Below are positions 32,979 through 47,014 of a DNA stretch of 64,000 nt, piece after piece. The notes below the pieces were generated by a model that saw only the letters and a program-made list of their open reading frames with translations, searched no databases and was not told the origin of the DNA. The stretch covers positions 111,414,001 through 111,478,000 of the forward strand of contig NC_043002.1 of NCBI RefSeq assembly GCF_006345805.1, read 5' to 3'. The translations under genes and the position numbers were made by a program. This DNA is from Octopus sinensis. Its lineage: Eukaryota. Each line of letters starts with the position of its first letter. Positions within the stretch are counted from its first letter, which is position 1.

Positions 32979-34645
32979 CTGACCAAAATTTTAAAAGGTT
33001 TTAAAATTATATTCAAATAAAATATACAACATATACACACACACAATCACCATCATTTAATATTGTTTCTTTTTTTGTTTAACTATTTTGGTGGTATACT
33101 ACTACATGAGTCAGTTCTTATTTGGAGTTAATGGCATCCATGTACCCTCTGTACAATGGTGGTGCTAAGGACATCCAACCATAGAAACCTATTTCTTTAC
33201 TACCCACAAGGGGCTAAACACAGAGAGAACAAACAAGGACAGACAGACAGATTAAGTCGATTATATCAACCCCAGTGTGTAACTGGTACTTATTTAATCG
33301 ACCGCGAAAGGATGAAAGGCAAAGTCGACCTCGGAGGAATTTGAACTCAGAACGTAACGGCAGACAAAATACCGCTAGGCATTTCGCCTGGCATGCTAAC
33401 GTTTCTGCCAGCTCACTGCCTTACAAACCATAGAAACCATGCCGGAAATGGAATGCATGTGTGAAGCATAGTTTCTAAACCATCAAGGAGAGTGTGTGTG
33501 TAAATAGTAGTATGCACACACACGTTATATATAAACATACTTTTTTTTTCATCTTTTAGTCAAAGGAAAGCAAGTGCAAATGATGTTTTTCAAAGCTTCT
33601 CAGCTAAGTGAAAAGGGTAGAAGGAAGATACCCTCAAACCAGAGACTTGGTCTGAATGTTTGCAACAGAATTGACTCTGCTAAAGTGTTAAATTGGGTGA
33701 TGGATTATGTCTATCACCAAAGAAGGTCTTGCTGAGATTTGAACTTAGAACACAGAACACATATCATGACACACCTAGCCCAACATTCTTACAGTTTGCT
33801 TAATCCACAGCACTAGATTGTTTTTTTTTTGTTTTTGTTTTTCAACTCTGAAAAGACGACAGACAAAGCTGATCTCAATGATATTAGAACTTAGAAAGTC
33901 AGAGGAAATACCCAAAGATATTCTATCCAATGTTCTAATCCTCATCACTGAACATTCATTTTGCCATGTTTGCATGAGTTGGCCAGAATTTATTGAGGCA
34001 GATTTTCTACAGCTGGATGCTCTTTCTGTGGCCAACACTCACTTGTTTCCAGGCAAGGTAATATTTCCCCATGGCCCAACATTTTTGCAGAATGTTGGAA
34101 ATGAATGACATTCATTTACAACAATTACACAATATCAAAACAAAAGAAGACATAAGCACACACACACACACATATATATGAAGGGCTTCTTTCAGTTTCT
34201 GTTTACCAAAATTCACTCACACTGCTTTGGTTAGAAAACACTTGCTCAAGGTGCCACAAAGTGAGATGAACCCGGAACTATGTTGTTGGGAGGCAAATTT
34301 CTTAACCACACAGCCACAGCTGAGTGCTAATTTGCTGTCTGTACGCATATATACAGACTTTCTCTGATACACATAAGTCTTCTAGTATGTAAAGAGAGGT
34401 TCTAAAAATTGATATTTGCACAAATGAATGGCTCTTCAGTATTACTCTTTTACTCGTTTCAGTCATTTGACTGCGGCCATGCTGGAGCACCGCCTTTAGT
34501 CGAGCAAATCGATCCCGGGACTTATTCTTTGTAAGCCCAGTACTTATTCTATCGGTCTCTTTTGCCGAACTGCTAAGTGACGGGGAAGTAAACACACCAG
34601 CATCGGTTGTCAAGCAATGCTAGGGGGACAAACACAGACACACAA

Positions 34646-34678
<33 letters not shown>

Positions 34679-35358
34679 CGACAGGCTTCTTTCAGTTTCC
34701 ATCTACCAAATCCACTCACAAGGCATTGGTCGGCCCGGGGATATAGCAGAAGACATTTGCCCAAGATGCCACGCAGTGGGACTGAAGCCAGAACCATGTG
34801 GTTGGTTAGCAAGCTATTTACCACACAGCCACTCCTGTGCCTATTAGTTATTTTTATTAACAGTTTATTTTTATTAACGGTTTAGTTTATTTTTATTAAC
34901 AGAGCAGTATTCACTTATCTATGGTTAGATATTCGTTTACAATTAAAATAATGTGCTTTGTTTGTAACTATTTTAAAAGGAATCTATAAATGAGAAAGGC
35001 CTCGTCTTTAAGGTGTTAACATTTATGGCTAAGGTGGCAAGCTGGCAGAATTATCAACACAACGGGCAAAATGCTTTGCAGCATTTCACCTGCTTTTATG
35101 TTCTGAGTTCAAATTCTGCCGAGGTTGACTTTGCCTTTCATCCTTTCAGATTCGATGAAATAAGTACCAGTTGAGCACTGGAGTTGATGTAATCAACCTA
35201 TCCTCTCCACTGAACTTGCCAGCCTTGTGATAGAACCTGAAACTAATATTTATGGCTGCTGATCATTTCTGACGATCTACTGTGAAGAGTTGTTCATTTC
35301 GTATGTTGTATTTCTAATAACAGCATTAAAGTAATAGGATGGTACAGAAAGAATCTAC

Positions 35359-35534
35359 CTGTCTGGAAAGGAATGTCATGCTAGTCCGGTTGACCCAAGC
35401 ATAGTTTGCAGCTGCAGCCATGCTTTTCAGGTAATCTTGGCCTTCTTGAGAGCTGATTTGTGCACAGGCAAGTTGACGGTCATTCACTTCAATTTTGTCC
35501 CGCTTCATTGCTTTCTCCATGGCAACTAAAGCAT
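35359..35534 (-). CDS. RTCB: RTCB coding exon 8 ([24 protein letters not shown]...[18 protein letters not shown])
   Basis: Conserved sequence, 176 nt, phase 1/0. Confidence 0.97.
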
Positions 35535-35784
35535 CTACAAATTTACAAAGAACAAAAGAGAAAAAAGCAAATATGTAAATAATTACACAAACAATAATCT
35601 GCTTACACGGTTCATAAAATCTGGTCTTCTTAACTTTAGAAGATAAAAGACACTCACAAGGCATTGGATGGCCCAGGGCTATAGCAGAAAACACTTGCCC
35701 AAGATGCCATGCAGTGGGACTGAACCCGGAACCATGTGGTTGGTAAGCAAGCTACTTACCACACAGCCACTCCTGCGCTTATTT

Positions 35785-36596
35785 ACATCAAAGAAATCAA
35801 AGAATGCCAACTGGCTTATGCATGCATGGAAAAGTGGACATCACAATGAGGATTAAAAATCCAGCAGAGAAAGATGTCATTTGATTCTTCTCAGACGAGA
35901 AAAACTTTGATCAAGATCAGAAAGTAAACAGAAGAAATGACAGATGGCTATGTACAGACCCTTTGGAAGTTCCAAGAGTAATGCATACAATATTTCCTGC
36001 AACTGACATGGTTTTGGAGGTTGTCAGCAATGAAGGACAAGTGATGCCTCCTCACTTCTTTCCACAATGTCTTTGAGTAAACTCTACAGCCTATATAGAT
36101 GTTCTGAATACAGTGGTTAAACCATGGCTCGATAATGTACGCAACGGAAGAGCTTACGTGTTTCAACAAGACTCGGTACCATCACACAAGGCTACAACAA
36201 CACAGGAATGGATGGCGGAACATTTTCATGACCATGTAACCCCCAACATTTGGCCTCCTAGCTTCCCAGATCTCAATCCAATGGACTATTATGTACGGAG
36301 CGTAGTTGAGAAAGAGGTTAATGAGCACCATCATAATACCAAAGAACCCCTAAAAGACTCCATAGTCAGAGTAATGTCCAATATGAACACAGACCACTTG
36401 ATCCTAGTATGTAAACGATTCAGACCTCGCATAGAAGCCGTTATTGAAGCTGAAAGAGACTTTATTGAATAAAATGACGAATCAATATGTTTATTCTCAT
36501 CATGAAAACCTTTTTCAGTAAAAAGCAATATTGTCTGTTTCTAAGAGTCATTTTTGTGTAAGTGTATAACTGTCCTCAAATACCTTATGCACCCTG
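35785..36596 (+). mobile_element. 5'-truncated maT (DD37D) element
   Basis: FFSDEKNF (first Asp); QQD...NPMD with 37 residues between the catalytic Asp residues (WPPSFPDLNPMDY); right TIR ends ...CACCCTG. Confidence 0.85.
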
Positions 36597-36602
36597 TGTA
36601 TG

Positions 36603-36639
<37 letters not shown>

Positions 36640-37202
36640 CACACACACACACACATACAATCATCATCCTTTAACGTCTGTTTCCCATGCTGGCATGGAT
36701 TGGACAATTTGGTAAGAGCTGCCCAGCTTCTAATTGTCTGTTTTGGCATGGTTTCTACAGCTGGATGCTCTTCCTAACATCAACCACTCCACAGAGTGTG
36801 CTGGGTGCTTTTTACACAGTGCTAACACAGGTGCTTTATATATAGCACCAGCACGGGTACCTTATATATTGAACCAGCACAGGTGCTTTTTACATGGTCC
36901 TAACACACATATATAGATATATAACACACACGAGCTTTAAACCTAATTTCAGTTGTTCTTCCCTGCTGTGAAACCATGTAACATTACATGACTGATGAAT
37001 AGTCTCTGAACTTAGTCCGAAGATGAGTTCTTGTAGGCTGTAGGAAGCATAGCTGAGAAAACTTTCTCTAACAACAGATAAATGTCCAACATTAGCTAAA
37101 AGCAATCTGTATTATTGCAGAAAATTAGAAGTAATTTATCAATGAAGATTAATGATATAATTCATTAGCTTAATAAAACAAAGTAAAACCCATTGAACTT
37201 AC

Positions 37203-37362
37203 CTGTAGCAACTTGATGACCCATTCCACGACTACCGCTGTGAATCATGACACACACCTGCCCAGTGTGATCAATCCCCATCTTTCGGGCAGCATAGTCA
37301 TCAAAAATCTCGTCAACAACCTGGACTTCAGCATAGTGATTGCCTGCACCAAGGGTTCCTAA
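37203..37362 (-). CDS. RTCB: RTCB coding exon 7 ([14 protein letters not shown]...[18 protein letters not shown])
   Basis: Metal-ligand motifs GNHY and IHSGSRG; 160 nt, phase 0/1. Confidence 0.97.
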
Positions 37363-38929
37363 CTAGTGCCAAAAATAAAAAAAAATAAAAATAATAAACT
37401 CTGTTTCATTTATTAAATAAAGGACATAGCTACTTAGTAAATTTCTGTATTTTAAATTATTGGCTGTGTGGTAAGTAGCTTGCTAACCAACCATATGGTT
37501 CTGGGTTCAGTCCCACTGCGTGGCATCTTGGGCAAGTATCTTCTGCTATAGCCCCGGGCCGACCAATGCCTTGTGAGTGGATTTGGTAGACAGAAACTGA
37601 AAGAAGCCTGTCGTATATATGTATATGTATGTGTGTGTATTTGTGTGTCTGTGTTTGTCCCCCTAGCATTGCTTGACAACCGATGCTGGTGTGTTTACGT
37701 CTCTGTCACTTAGCGGTTTGGCAAAAGAGACCGATAGAATAAGTACTGGGCTTACAAAGAATAAGTCCCGGGGTCGATTTGCTCGACTAAAGGCGGTGCT
37801 CCAGCATGGCCGCAGTCAAATGACTGAAACAAGTAAAAGAGTAAAAGAGATAGATTAAAATATAATTTGACTGATCTTTCTCTCCAGCTTACTCAATGTG
37901 TTATTGGTTCCTCAGACAAGAAAAGACTGAGTTCAGCAAAGCATGTCACCCACCTTACCAATTGTCACAGTGATGTGCTATTATTCACCATCTAGTCTAT
38001 TGCTGTCTGAAGAATGAACTAATCAAGGAAACTCCAGAGTAAAAAGCCATTGGATCAGTCAGAATAAACTATTGCACTCTACTACTACAGTGGATGGAAG
38101 CACTCCGTCGGTTACAACGACGAGGGTTCCGGTTGATCCGAATCAACGGAACAGCCTGCTCGTGAAATTAACGTGTAAGTGGCTGAGCACTCCACAGACA
38201 CGTGTACCCTTAACGCAGTTCTCGGGGGATATTCAGCGTGACACAGAGAGTGACAAGGCCGGCCCCTTTGAAATACAGGTACAACAGAAACAGGAAGTAA
38301 GAGTGAGAGAAAGTTGTGGTGAAAGAGTACAGCAGGGATCACCACCATCCCCTGCCGGAGCCTTGTAGAGCTTTTAGGTGTTTTCGCTCAATAAACACTC
38401 ACAACGCCTGGTCTGGGAATCGAAACCGCGATCCTACGACCGCGAGTCCGTTGCCCTAACCACTGGGCCATTGCGCCTCCTAGGAAAAATATTAAGCAAC
38501 TACCGACTGGTTGTTTAGTTAAAAAGGACATAACTGATATTGAATATTACAAAAGGAAAGGCAATACGTGGAAAGAAAGATTCTAGAAGGCTACAGGATA
38601 CGTGGGAAGACAGAATATGTGGAAAGACAGATTTTAGTAGACAGCAGAAGACTTTTACAGACACCTTGTTGGAATGTTTGACAACATGATGATGATGTTG
38701 GGGAGATGGCAGATAAGAATATGAATCTGAGGCAGAAAAAGCTAGAAAAATAAAAGTGGAGGATTAAAGAAAGAAAGAAGGAAAAAAAATGAATTGATAA
38801 GGAAGATAAAAGCAAGAGGGAGAGAAGATGAAGATGGATAACAACAAAAATAAAGCAGTGCATAATGTATCATATAGACATATTAAAGCGCTGATAATGT
38901 TTTTGTAGCTTGGTTCAAAGATATTTTAC

Positions 38930-39036
38930 CTGAGGAAGTCCCCTCTTTTTGGCTCGGCTACTAACTTTAGAGGGATCTGCCTGTAACATACGCCCATATT
39001 CTTCACAATGCTCTTTGTCTTCAGCCCAAGAATAAC
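38930..39036 (-). CDS. RTCB: RTCB coding exon 6 ([35 protein letters not shown])
   Basis: Conserved sequence, 107 nt, phase 1/0, canonical splice sites. Confidence 0.96.
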
Positions 39037-40104
39037 CTGTGTGCAAACAAAATGGAAAAGAAATTAGTACAAATCACTCCAGAAAATATACAAGTTGTAA
39101 GTTGAAAGTTTTTGACATTGATAGGTTTTCATTGGTGTGGGTAAAATTTTTGATATAAATTCTAGCATATCACTTTTATATTATAGCAAGTAGATTGGGA
39201 TACTCTTTTACTTGTTTCAGTCATTTGACTGCGGCCATGCTGGAGCACCGCCTTTAGTCGAGCAAATCGACCTCGGGACTTATTCTGAACCGCTAAGTAA
39301 CGGGGACGTAAACACACCAGCATCGGTTGTCAAGCAATGCTAGAGGGACAAACACAGACACACAAACATATACATACATATATATATATATACATATATA
39401 CGACAGGCTTCTTTCAGTTTCCGTCTACCAAATCCACTCACAAGGCATTGTTCGGCCCGAGGCTATAGCAGAAGACACTTGCTCAAGATGCCACGCAGTG
39501 GGACTGAACCCAGAACCATGTGGTTTGTAGGCAAGCTACTTACCACACAGCCACTCCTGCGGGAGGGAGATAATTCTCTCATCAAGTATGGTGTTAATTA
39601 ACAACTAAGTTTGTTTTTAAAGTAAGTTTAAATGACAAGTTTTTTTTTCTCACTGACATTTTGAGGGAAAGTCACTCAAAATGTCAATGCTATGATAAAA
39701 ATGATAAAAATAAAAACATGAAAGAAAGAAAGTACAAATTAAACAGTTCGAACCCAGAGAAAGATGACATTTTATAAGTAAAAGGTAAAGTTACCTAAAA
39801 GATAGAAATGAAATAGTTATCTGTGTTCTGATAGTATAGTTATATCGGTATAATAAAATAAGATGCTATGTGTGTCAATTTATTTAATACAATTTGGATG
39901 AAAATGCAAATAATAGTTAAAAAAAAATAATCCAAAGTAAAGTGAAAATGTTATATCTATAAAGAAATACCTAAAGAAGGCGATTAAAATAGCTATTATT
40001 TAAATCAGATGATTAAATTTCCAGATTCATCTAAAAACATTGTCAAGATAGCAAAACAGCTGAAAAATACACACACAAATAAATAAAAGTATAAAATAAC
40101 TCAC

Positions 40105-40154
40105 CCTCTCTCAATGACCAATCCATACCCATTTCTAAAGCTTCTTCCAAAGCT
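40105..40154 (-). CDS. RTCB: RTCB coding exon 5, 50-nt small exon (ALEEALEMGMDWSLREG)
   Basis: LEEALEMGxDWSLREG conserved; CAG acceptor, GTGAGT donor, phase 2/1. Confidence 0.95.
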
Positions 40155-40366
40155 CTGAAATTAAACAAAAATTAAATCAGTATTAACTAAAAACTGAACT
40201 ATATGCATTTTGTAAAAATCTCTAGCTTCTAACAGCTTTGAGAGATTAATAATAGAGAAAGCACCTTGACTTTAAGCATTAATTATCTACTACTGCTATT
40301 GATAAAAAAAAAAAATACAGTCTTTTAATTTGATGATCTTCGTTTCAGTGATGTTAAATTAACGAG

Positions 40367-40797
40367 TATATCAAACCAAATCAAAATTGATGAACATCAA
40401 TGGAATTTGTATCTTTGTGGTACCAGTGCCGGTGGCACATAAGAAAACCATCCGAACGTGGCCGTAGCCAGTACCGCATCGACTGGCCTCCGTGCTGTGG
40501 GCACGTAACAAACACCATCCGATCGTGGCCGTGCCAGCCCCGCCTGGCCTCTGTGCCAGTGGCACGTAAAATACACCATCCGAGTGTGGCCGTTCGCCAG
40601 CCTCGTCTGGCACCTGTGTCGGTGGCACATAAAATCACCCACTACACTCTCGGAGTGGTTGGTGTTAGGAAGGGCATCCAGCTGTAGAAATACTGCCAGA
40701 TCTGACTGGACTGGTGCAGCTTTCGGGCTCCCCAGACCCCAGTTGAACCGTCCAACCCATGCTAGCATGGAAAGCGGACGTTAAACGATGATGATGA
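40367..40797 (+). mobile_element. RTE 3'-UTR fragment flanked by a ~109-bp direct duplication
   Basis: 40258-40366 is repeated at 40798-41129, with a MITE inserted in the second copy. Confidence 0.85.
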
Positions 40798-40813
40798 AAG
40801 CACAAGACTTTAA

Positions 40814-41033
40814 CCCTTTAGTGTTCAGATTACTCTGTTAAATGTAATACTTTTCACTCAAATTGTTTTGAATTAATCATGCATTATGTTATAGCTTTGA
40901 GGTTTCAATGATGTGATTGTTTATTTTCAGAATGGCATTGTAGGTTAGGAGTGAGAGGCTAGATATCGCCAGTTTGAATATAAAATATGTGGAATATATT
41001 GGGCCGGATTTAGCCGATTTAAACACTAAAGGG
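40814..41033. mobile_element. TTAA-flanked MITE family 2, inserted into a long TSD copy
   Basis: TTAA TSD; the matching empty site is visible at 40258-40285. Confidence 0.85.
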
Positions 41034-41219
41034 TTAAGCATTAATTATCTACTACTGCTATTGATAAAAAAAAAATACAGTCTTTTAATTTGATGATCTT
41101 CGTTTCAGTGATGTTGTTAAATTAACGAGAATATTGTCAAATATTTCAAGTACACGTAATCTTAATGTAATTCTCAGACTGAATAAGCATGACACATGTG
41201 ACAAAATGGGTCTTTGAAT

Positions 41220-42210
41220 TATAGGATATGAAAACAGGGAAGACCCCCAACCCTTCAGGAATCACCACTGAGATGCTTAAAATATCCGGTGGAGTGGGAT
41301 ATGGCCTAGTCACTTATATAGTTAATCAGGTGGGGGTCACTTCCCATGGCTGATTTTACAGCATTATAATCAACTGCTACAAAGGTAAAGGTGACACCTT
41401 AAACAGAAATATTTACAAAGATATCAAATTGCTGGACCAGGTCATGAAAATTAAAGAGAGGGTCATAGCTCAATTAAGTAGGAAGAGAGTTAACCTAGAT
41501 GAGATGCAGTTTGGTTTTGTGCCAGGGAGAAACACTACTGGTAAGGCAATTGCAGAAGAATTTAGCCAAGAATAAACCTCTGTACTTGGCTTTTATAGAC
41601 CTGAAGAAAGCTTTTTGACAGTCTCCAGCTCCCTCATCTGGTGCTCAAAGTAGAAGATAGGGATAGATGAATGGTTGGTGAGAGCAGTACAAGCCATGTA
41701 CAAAGATACTGTCAGTGAGGTGAAGGTTGGCAATGACTACAGCAATGGATTTAGTGTACAAATAGGAGTTCCTCAAGGGTCAGTTTTCAGCCTCACCTTG
41801 TTTATTATAGTCCTCCAGGCCACGACAAACAGGGGAATTTAAGACTGATGACCTTGTTCTTATAGCCAAATCACTACCAGAACTAGAGAGGAAATTTCAG
41901 GTCTGGAATCTAAGGACCTTAGAGTTAATTTAGATATAATTTAAGAGAAAAATTGGGTAGAAGAGGCATCAACTGTAGTGTGCAAAAGGGAAGACTTTGC
42001 TGGTGTGGTCACGTGATGTGTTTGGATGAGGACAGCTGTATAAAGAAGTGCCAATTTCTAACTGTGGAGGGAACCTGTGGAAGGTGTAGACCGAGGAAGA
42101 TGTGGGACGAAGTAGTGAGAAAGGATCTAAAGACACTGGGCCTCACATAAAGACACTGAAGATGACAAAGAACTGAGAATTGTGATTGTGATTGAGAAGA
42201 CAAGTCAAGC
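41220..42210 (+). mobile_element. Decayed RTE LINE RT region
   Basis: FGFVPGRNTT, GVPQGSV and WCGHVM...GRCRPRKMWDEVVRKDL remnants. Confidence 0.75.
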
Positions 42211-43261
42211 TAAGTAAAACTATACATATATGTTTCTTTACTACCCACAAGGGGCTAAACACAGAGGGGACAAACAAGGACAGACAAACGGATTAAGACG
42301 ATTACATCGACCCCAGTGCTTAACTGGTACTTAATTTATCGACCCCGAAAGGATGAAAGGCAAAGTCGACCTCGGCGGAATTTGAACTCAGAACGTAGTG
42401 GCAGACGAAATATGGCTACGCATTTCGCCTGGCGTGCTAACGGTTCTACCAGCTCGCCGCCTTTTATGTCCATACATATATCCTCTACATCTCTCTCTCG
42501 GCCAAGATGTCCTTCTCATGAGGGCTTGCATGTGCTGGAATGACATAAAAATGCCCATGCTGGTGCCATGTAAAAGCACCTGTACCAGTGCCGCATAAAA
42601 AAGTACCCAGGACACTTTCTGAAGTGGTTGGCATTAGGAAGGGTGTCCAGTCAAAATAGACAATTGGAACCTGGGCAGCTCCCCAGCTCCTGTCAAAACA
42701 TCCAACCCATGTCGGCATGGAAATCTTTCATATAATGATGATGATGATGAATTCATCCAGTGGGTTTCTAGGCAAAAGGCTTGGATCAACCTGAGTATAT
42801 GGTAGAAGACATTTGATGCCATGCAATGGAATCAAATTTGGGACTTCAGGATTATAAAGCAAACATCTCAGTCAAGTGGTTATGCCTGTGTCCTCAACTT
42901 AAGGATTCCTGAATGCATATACTAGTTTGAACATGAAAAAATACATTAAAATAAGCTCCTGTAAAAGGCATGAAAACAGGGAAACAACATAAACACATTC
43001 TGAATGTAAGGAAAACCCTCCCTATTTTTCAAATAGAAAATAAAATCTTTTTTGTTTAACATGAATGCATAAAATTCTTATCGTCAAAAGAGCATTTACA
43101 CATTGATATTTAAAATCGTTTATTGTCTATACACAAAATTTTGAGGCATGATTTCAAAACATGATAATTGCCTAAAACACAGCCACTAAATTTCTAACAT
43201 GAGATCATAGCCTGATGTCTAAATAGCAGTTTCTTAAATGAATAATGGTAAATTAACTTAC

Positions 43262-43469
43262 TGAGCATTCATAGGGATTATTCCCTTTGAACCAACACCA
43301 ACTGGAATATGGTTAAACATGCATTGGCACAGCTGTTCCTTAATAGGATCGACATCTTTTTCATCCAAATTGGTTCGCAACAAACGTACACCACAGTTAA
43401 TATCAAACCCGACACCACCAGGGGATACCACAGCTTTTGGGTCACTCATATCAAATGCAGCCATATTAC
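43262..43469 (-). CDS. RTCB: RTCB coding exon 4 ([32 protein letters not shown]...[16 protein letters not shown])
   Basis: Contains the metal-binding GxDIxCG motif; 208 nt, phase 1/2, canonical splice sites. Confidence 0.97.
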
Positions 43470-44085
43470 CTGATGATATAAAGAAAAAAAAATAAAATAA
43501 AGAACAGAAGAAAATGAGTCTCTTGACAAGATTGAATTAAGGGTGTGCTGAAGGATGGTATTTACATCTTCAGAATCACAAAATGTAAGCTAGTTTGGCT
43601 ATTGTAACTCATTAGAATGAGTTCCAGTTAGCTTTGTTCCAGCCAATGTGAGCCATTTAAAGGTGGTGGTTTTTCTTTCTGTCCGTAAGAGTCAGATTGG
43701 TAATGATCATAACATTATTGGCGTTGCCTGAATATTCCCAGATAATAATACAGATAACAATTTCAGGAGCATTGGTGAAGAGCAGACACAAAGTATTGTT
43801 ACTTTCTGTTGGGGAGGAGATTACTTGAGTGTGCTTTGAATTCAATACAAAGTCAAAGAAATCATTTTTCAGCCAGTGAAAGCTTTCACCATCAACTTCT
43901 AAGGGTAATGCTAAAAAAAATTTCTTTGAGAAAATATGGCAAGAGCATCTAATAGCAAATGAAATGAAATAAAATACTGAGCCTCTATTACTTTTTCTTT
44001 TCTTCAGGCTTAAACACACACACAATGGTCAAGAAGTGACCAACAAACAAACTGATACAAAGTCAGCAACTGTTGAACTTCTGGA

Positions 44086-44120
<35 letters not shown>

Positions 44121-44232
44121 AATGGCAAAATACCAAAAATAAAAGAACTATTTTGTAAAAAGAGTTTATTTATTTGAAATCAGTATATTGCAGATCAAAG
44201 GCCAACAAAATAACATTCAAGTATCATCTTAC

Positions 44233-44281
44233 CTATAGCAAACCCATAGCCTGAATGGACATCTGGTAATCCAATGGATTT
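44233..44281 (-). CDS. RTCB: RTCB coding exon 3, 49-nt small exon (KSIGLPDVHSGYGFAIG)
   Basis: LPDVHSGYGFAIG RtcB motif; TAG acceptor, GTAAGA donor, phase 0/1. Not in the ORF track. Confidence 0.95.
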
Positions 44282-44527
44282 CTAGAATTAAGAAAACAAT
44301 TTTAAGTCAAGATCTTTTAAACCCTTGTTCAATATGCTTTTGCAACAAAAATTACACCATCCACACTATCATCATTCTCCCATTACATTTGCTTTCCATC
44401 CTATTACGGAATGGATAAGTTGTCATGGTTAAATGAGTTCTTATTCTGAGTTACAACAGCCCTCCTAGATTCATCTGCCCTTAGGTTTCATCTTCAGCTT
44501 GGTTTCTACAGCTAGATGTCTTTCCTA

Positions 44528-45774
44528 CGAGGGAGGTTCAATAAGTAATGCCCCTGACCCACTTGCAGTTGTTTGATCTAGCTGACATTTTGCATGTGCA
44601 ATTATTTATATCTCTATAGATTAAGTGGCAACTTACAGCTCTGAACTAATTGTGGTTTCTGATTTACAGGTGTTTGAACTGAGTCAAGTGTGAAATGGAG
44701 CCTGTTGAGTGTCGAGCAGTGGTCCGGTTTTTGTATTTGAAAGGACGTACACCACGGGAGACTTTTGATGAAATGAAAGTAACTTATGGTGATGATGCCC
44801 CATCATATGACCTTGTAAAATGCTGGCATCGTGAATTCAAACATGGTCGGAACTCTGTGGAAACAGCTCCCAGATCTGGTCGCCCCCTTCTGCCATTGAT
44901 GAGGCATCTGTCCGTCAAGTTGAGGCTGCCATTTTGGAAGATCGACGCATAACTATTCACCAAATAGCCCATGAGGTCATCATTAGTACCGGGTCTGTGG
45001 AAACTATCATTCATGACCATTTGCATATGCAAAAGGTGTCTGTCAGATGGATTCCCAGGTTGCTCACACCTTTCCAGAAGCAAGAACGCATCGAGTGCTC
45101 GAGGATGAATTTGGAGACGTGTCAAGAAGATGAGTCAAAATCTTTCAAAAGACTGATTACACAGGATGAAACCTGGGTCCATCACTATGATCCAGAGACC
45201 AAAGCCCAGTCAATGCAGTGGAAGCACCGTGACTCACCTCCTCTAAAGAAGGCAAGGGTGCAGCCCTCCGCTGGCAAGGTCATGCTCACAGTCTTCTGGG
45301 ACCAGGACGGAGTAGTGATGACAGATTTCCTGGCAAAGGGTACCACAATTACAGGAGCCTATTATGCTTCACTTTTGAGGAAATTAAGAGAAGCTATCAA
45401 AATCAAGAGGTGGAGCAAGATCAGCAAAGGCATCCTCCTATGCAGGACAACGCTCCGGTCCACAACTCGCTTGTCGCCAGATCAGAAGCACAAGCGTGTG
45501 GCTATGAACTCCTCCCTCACCCCCCCCTACTCTCCTGACCTTGCACCCTCTGATTTTCACCTCTTCCCAGCCTTGATTTCTGAAGTCACGTCGTGGTTGG
45601 AGGACCAAGCTGGGGTCTTCTACAAAAACGGTCTCCAGAGCTGCATTAAACAATAGGAGAAATGCGTAACTCTGGGTGGTTCCTATGTAGAAAAAGACTA
45701 ATAACTGTGCCAACTTTCATTGCTCTACTGCTATGGGAAGTGGGTCAGGGGCATTACTTATTGAACGCCCCTCG
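44528..45774 (+). mobile_element. Near-full-length mariner (irritans/Himar1-like) with frameshifted transposase, in RTCB intron 2
   Basis: ~37-bp TIRs CGAGGG(A/G)(G/C)GTTCAATAAGTAATGCCCCTGACCCACTT, TA TSD; ATG at 44695; motifs WIPRLL, TQDETW, QDNAP and YSPDLAPSDF; at least two frameshifts and a deletion. Confidence 0.92.
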
Positions 45775-45878
45775 TACCACCAACCGTTTCACAGAATGTA
45801 CTTTGTGTATTTTATCATGGCATCAGTACTAAAGAGGTTATCATTTTCTTGACAAGACTAAAGGATTCTCTTTAAATA

Positions 45879-45922
<44 letters not shown>

Positions 45923-46127
45923 CTCTTTTACTTGTTTCAGTCATTTGACTGCGGCCATGCTGGAGCACCGCCTTTAGTTGAGCAAATCGACCCTGGGACT
46001 TATTCTTTGTAAGCCCAGTACTTATTCTATCGGTCTCTTTTGCCGAACCGCTAAGTAAACACACCAGCATCGGTTGTCAAGCAATGCTAGGGGGACAAAC
46101 ACAGACACACAAACATATACACACACA

Positions 46128-46160
<33 letters not shown>

Positions 46161-47014
46161 GACAGGCTTCTTTCAGTTTCTGTCTACCAAATCCACTCAC
46201 AAGGCATTGGTCGGCCCGGGACTATAGCAGAAGACACTTGCCCAAGATGCCACGCAGTGGGACTGAACTCGGAACCATGTGGTTGGTTAGCAAGCTACTT
46301 ACCACACAACCACTCCTACGCCTATATATATATATATATATAGAACTATTGCTACTCTCTATATTATAATCAATTTAATGTTCGTCCATTTATTGTTTCA
46401 GTGTAAAGTACTACGACATACAACTGATCCTGACAAGGCATAACACGTTTGCAACAATGGAAAAGTATTTGGCAAGTAGTCTAAAACACTTGGTCTATCC
46501 TGTCTCCATTGTTTGTAAAATAATTCATTACCAGTGGATTTGAACACAGAACCAGCAAACTCTAAACAATATTTTGCTGCATTGTCTCTGCTACCTCTAA
46601 CACTTACATTTTTTTAATCAATACTCAAACAAATACTTTACCAACAAAGAGAATTTCTCTTTAGCTACTTGAACACTTCACAGCAGCAACAGCAGCTGAA
46701 TTTCAGTTTTCAAATTCATAAATAAGATTACAAGTTTTAAAAATTCTAAATTATGGGCCAAAAGGGTCTACAATAAAGACAAGATGTTCATAACTAAAAT
46801 ACTAATCAAGTGCTTAGATCTATGCAAATGGAATTGGTTGGAACTTCAAGACAACAACAACAATCATCAATTTGCTGCAGTCAAGGGTTTTGTCAAGTTC
46901 TTTTGAAACAATTTACTCTAAGTTGTGCTACTGACTGGTTGAAAACGATTGCCCTCAGATAATGTTGGTACTCTTTTTGAGTGATGAAGAAATCTGATTA
47001 GCTCTAAGCCTTCA

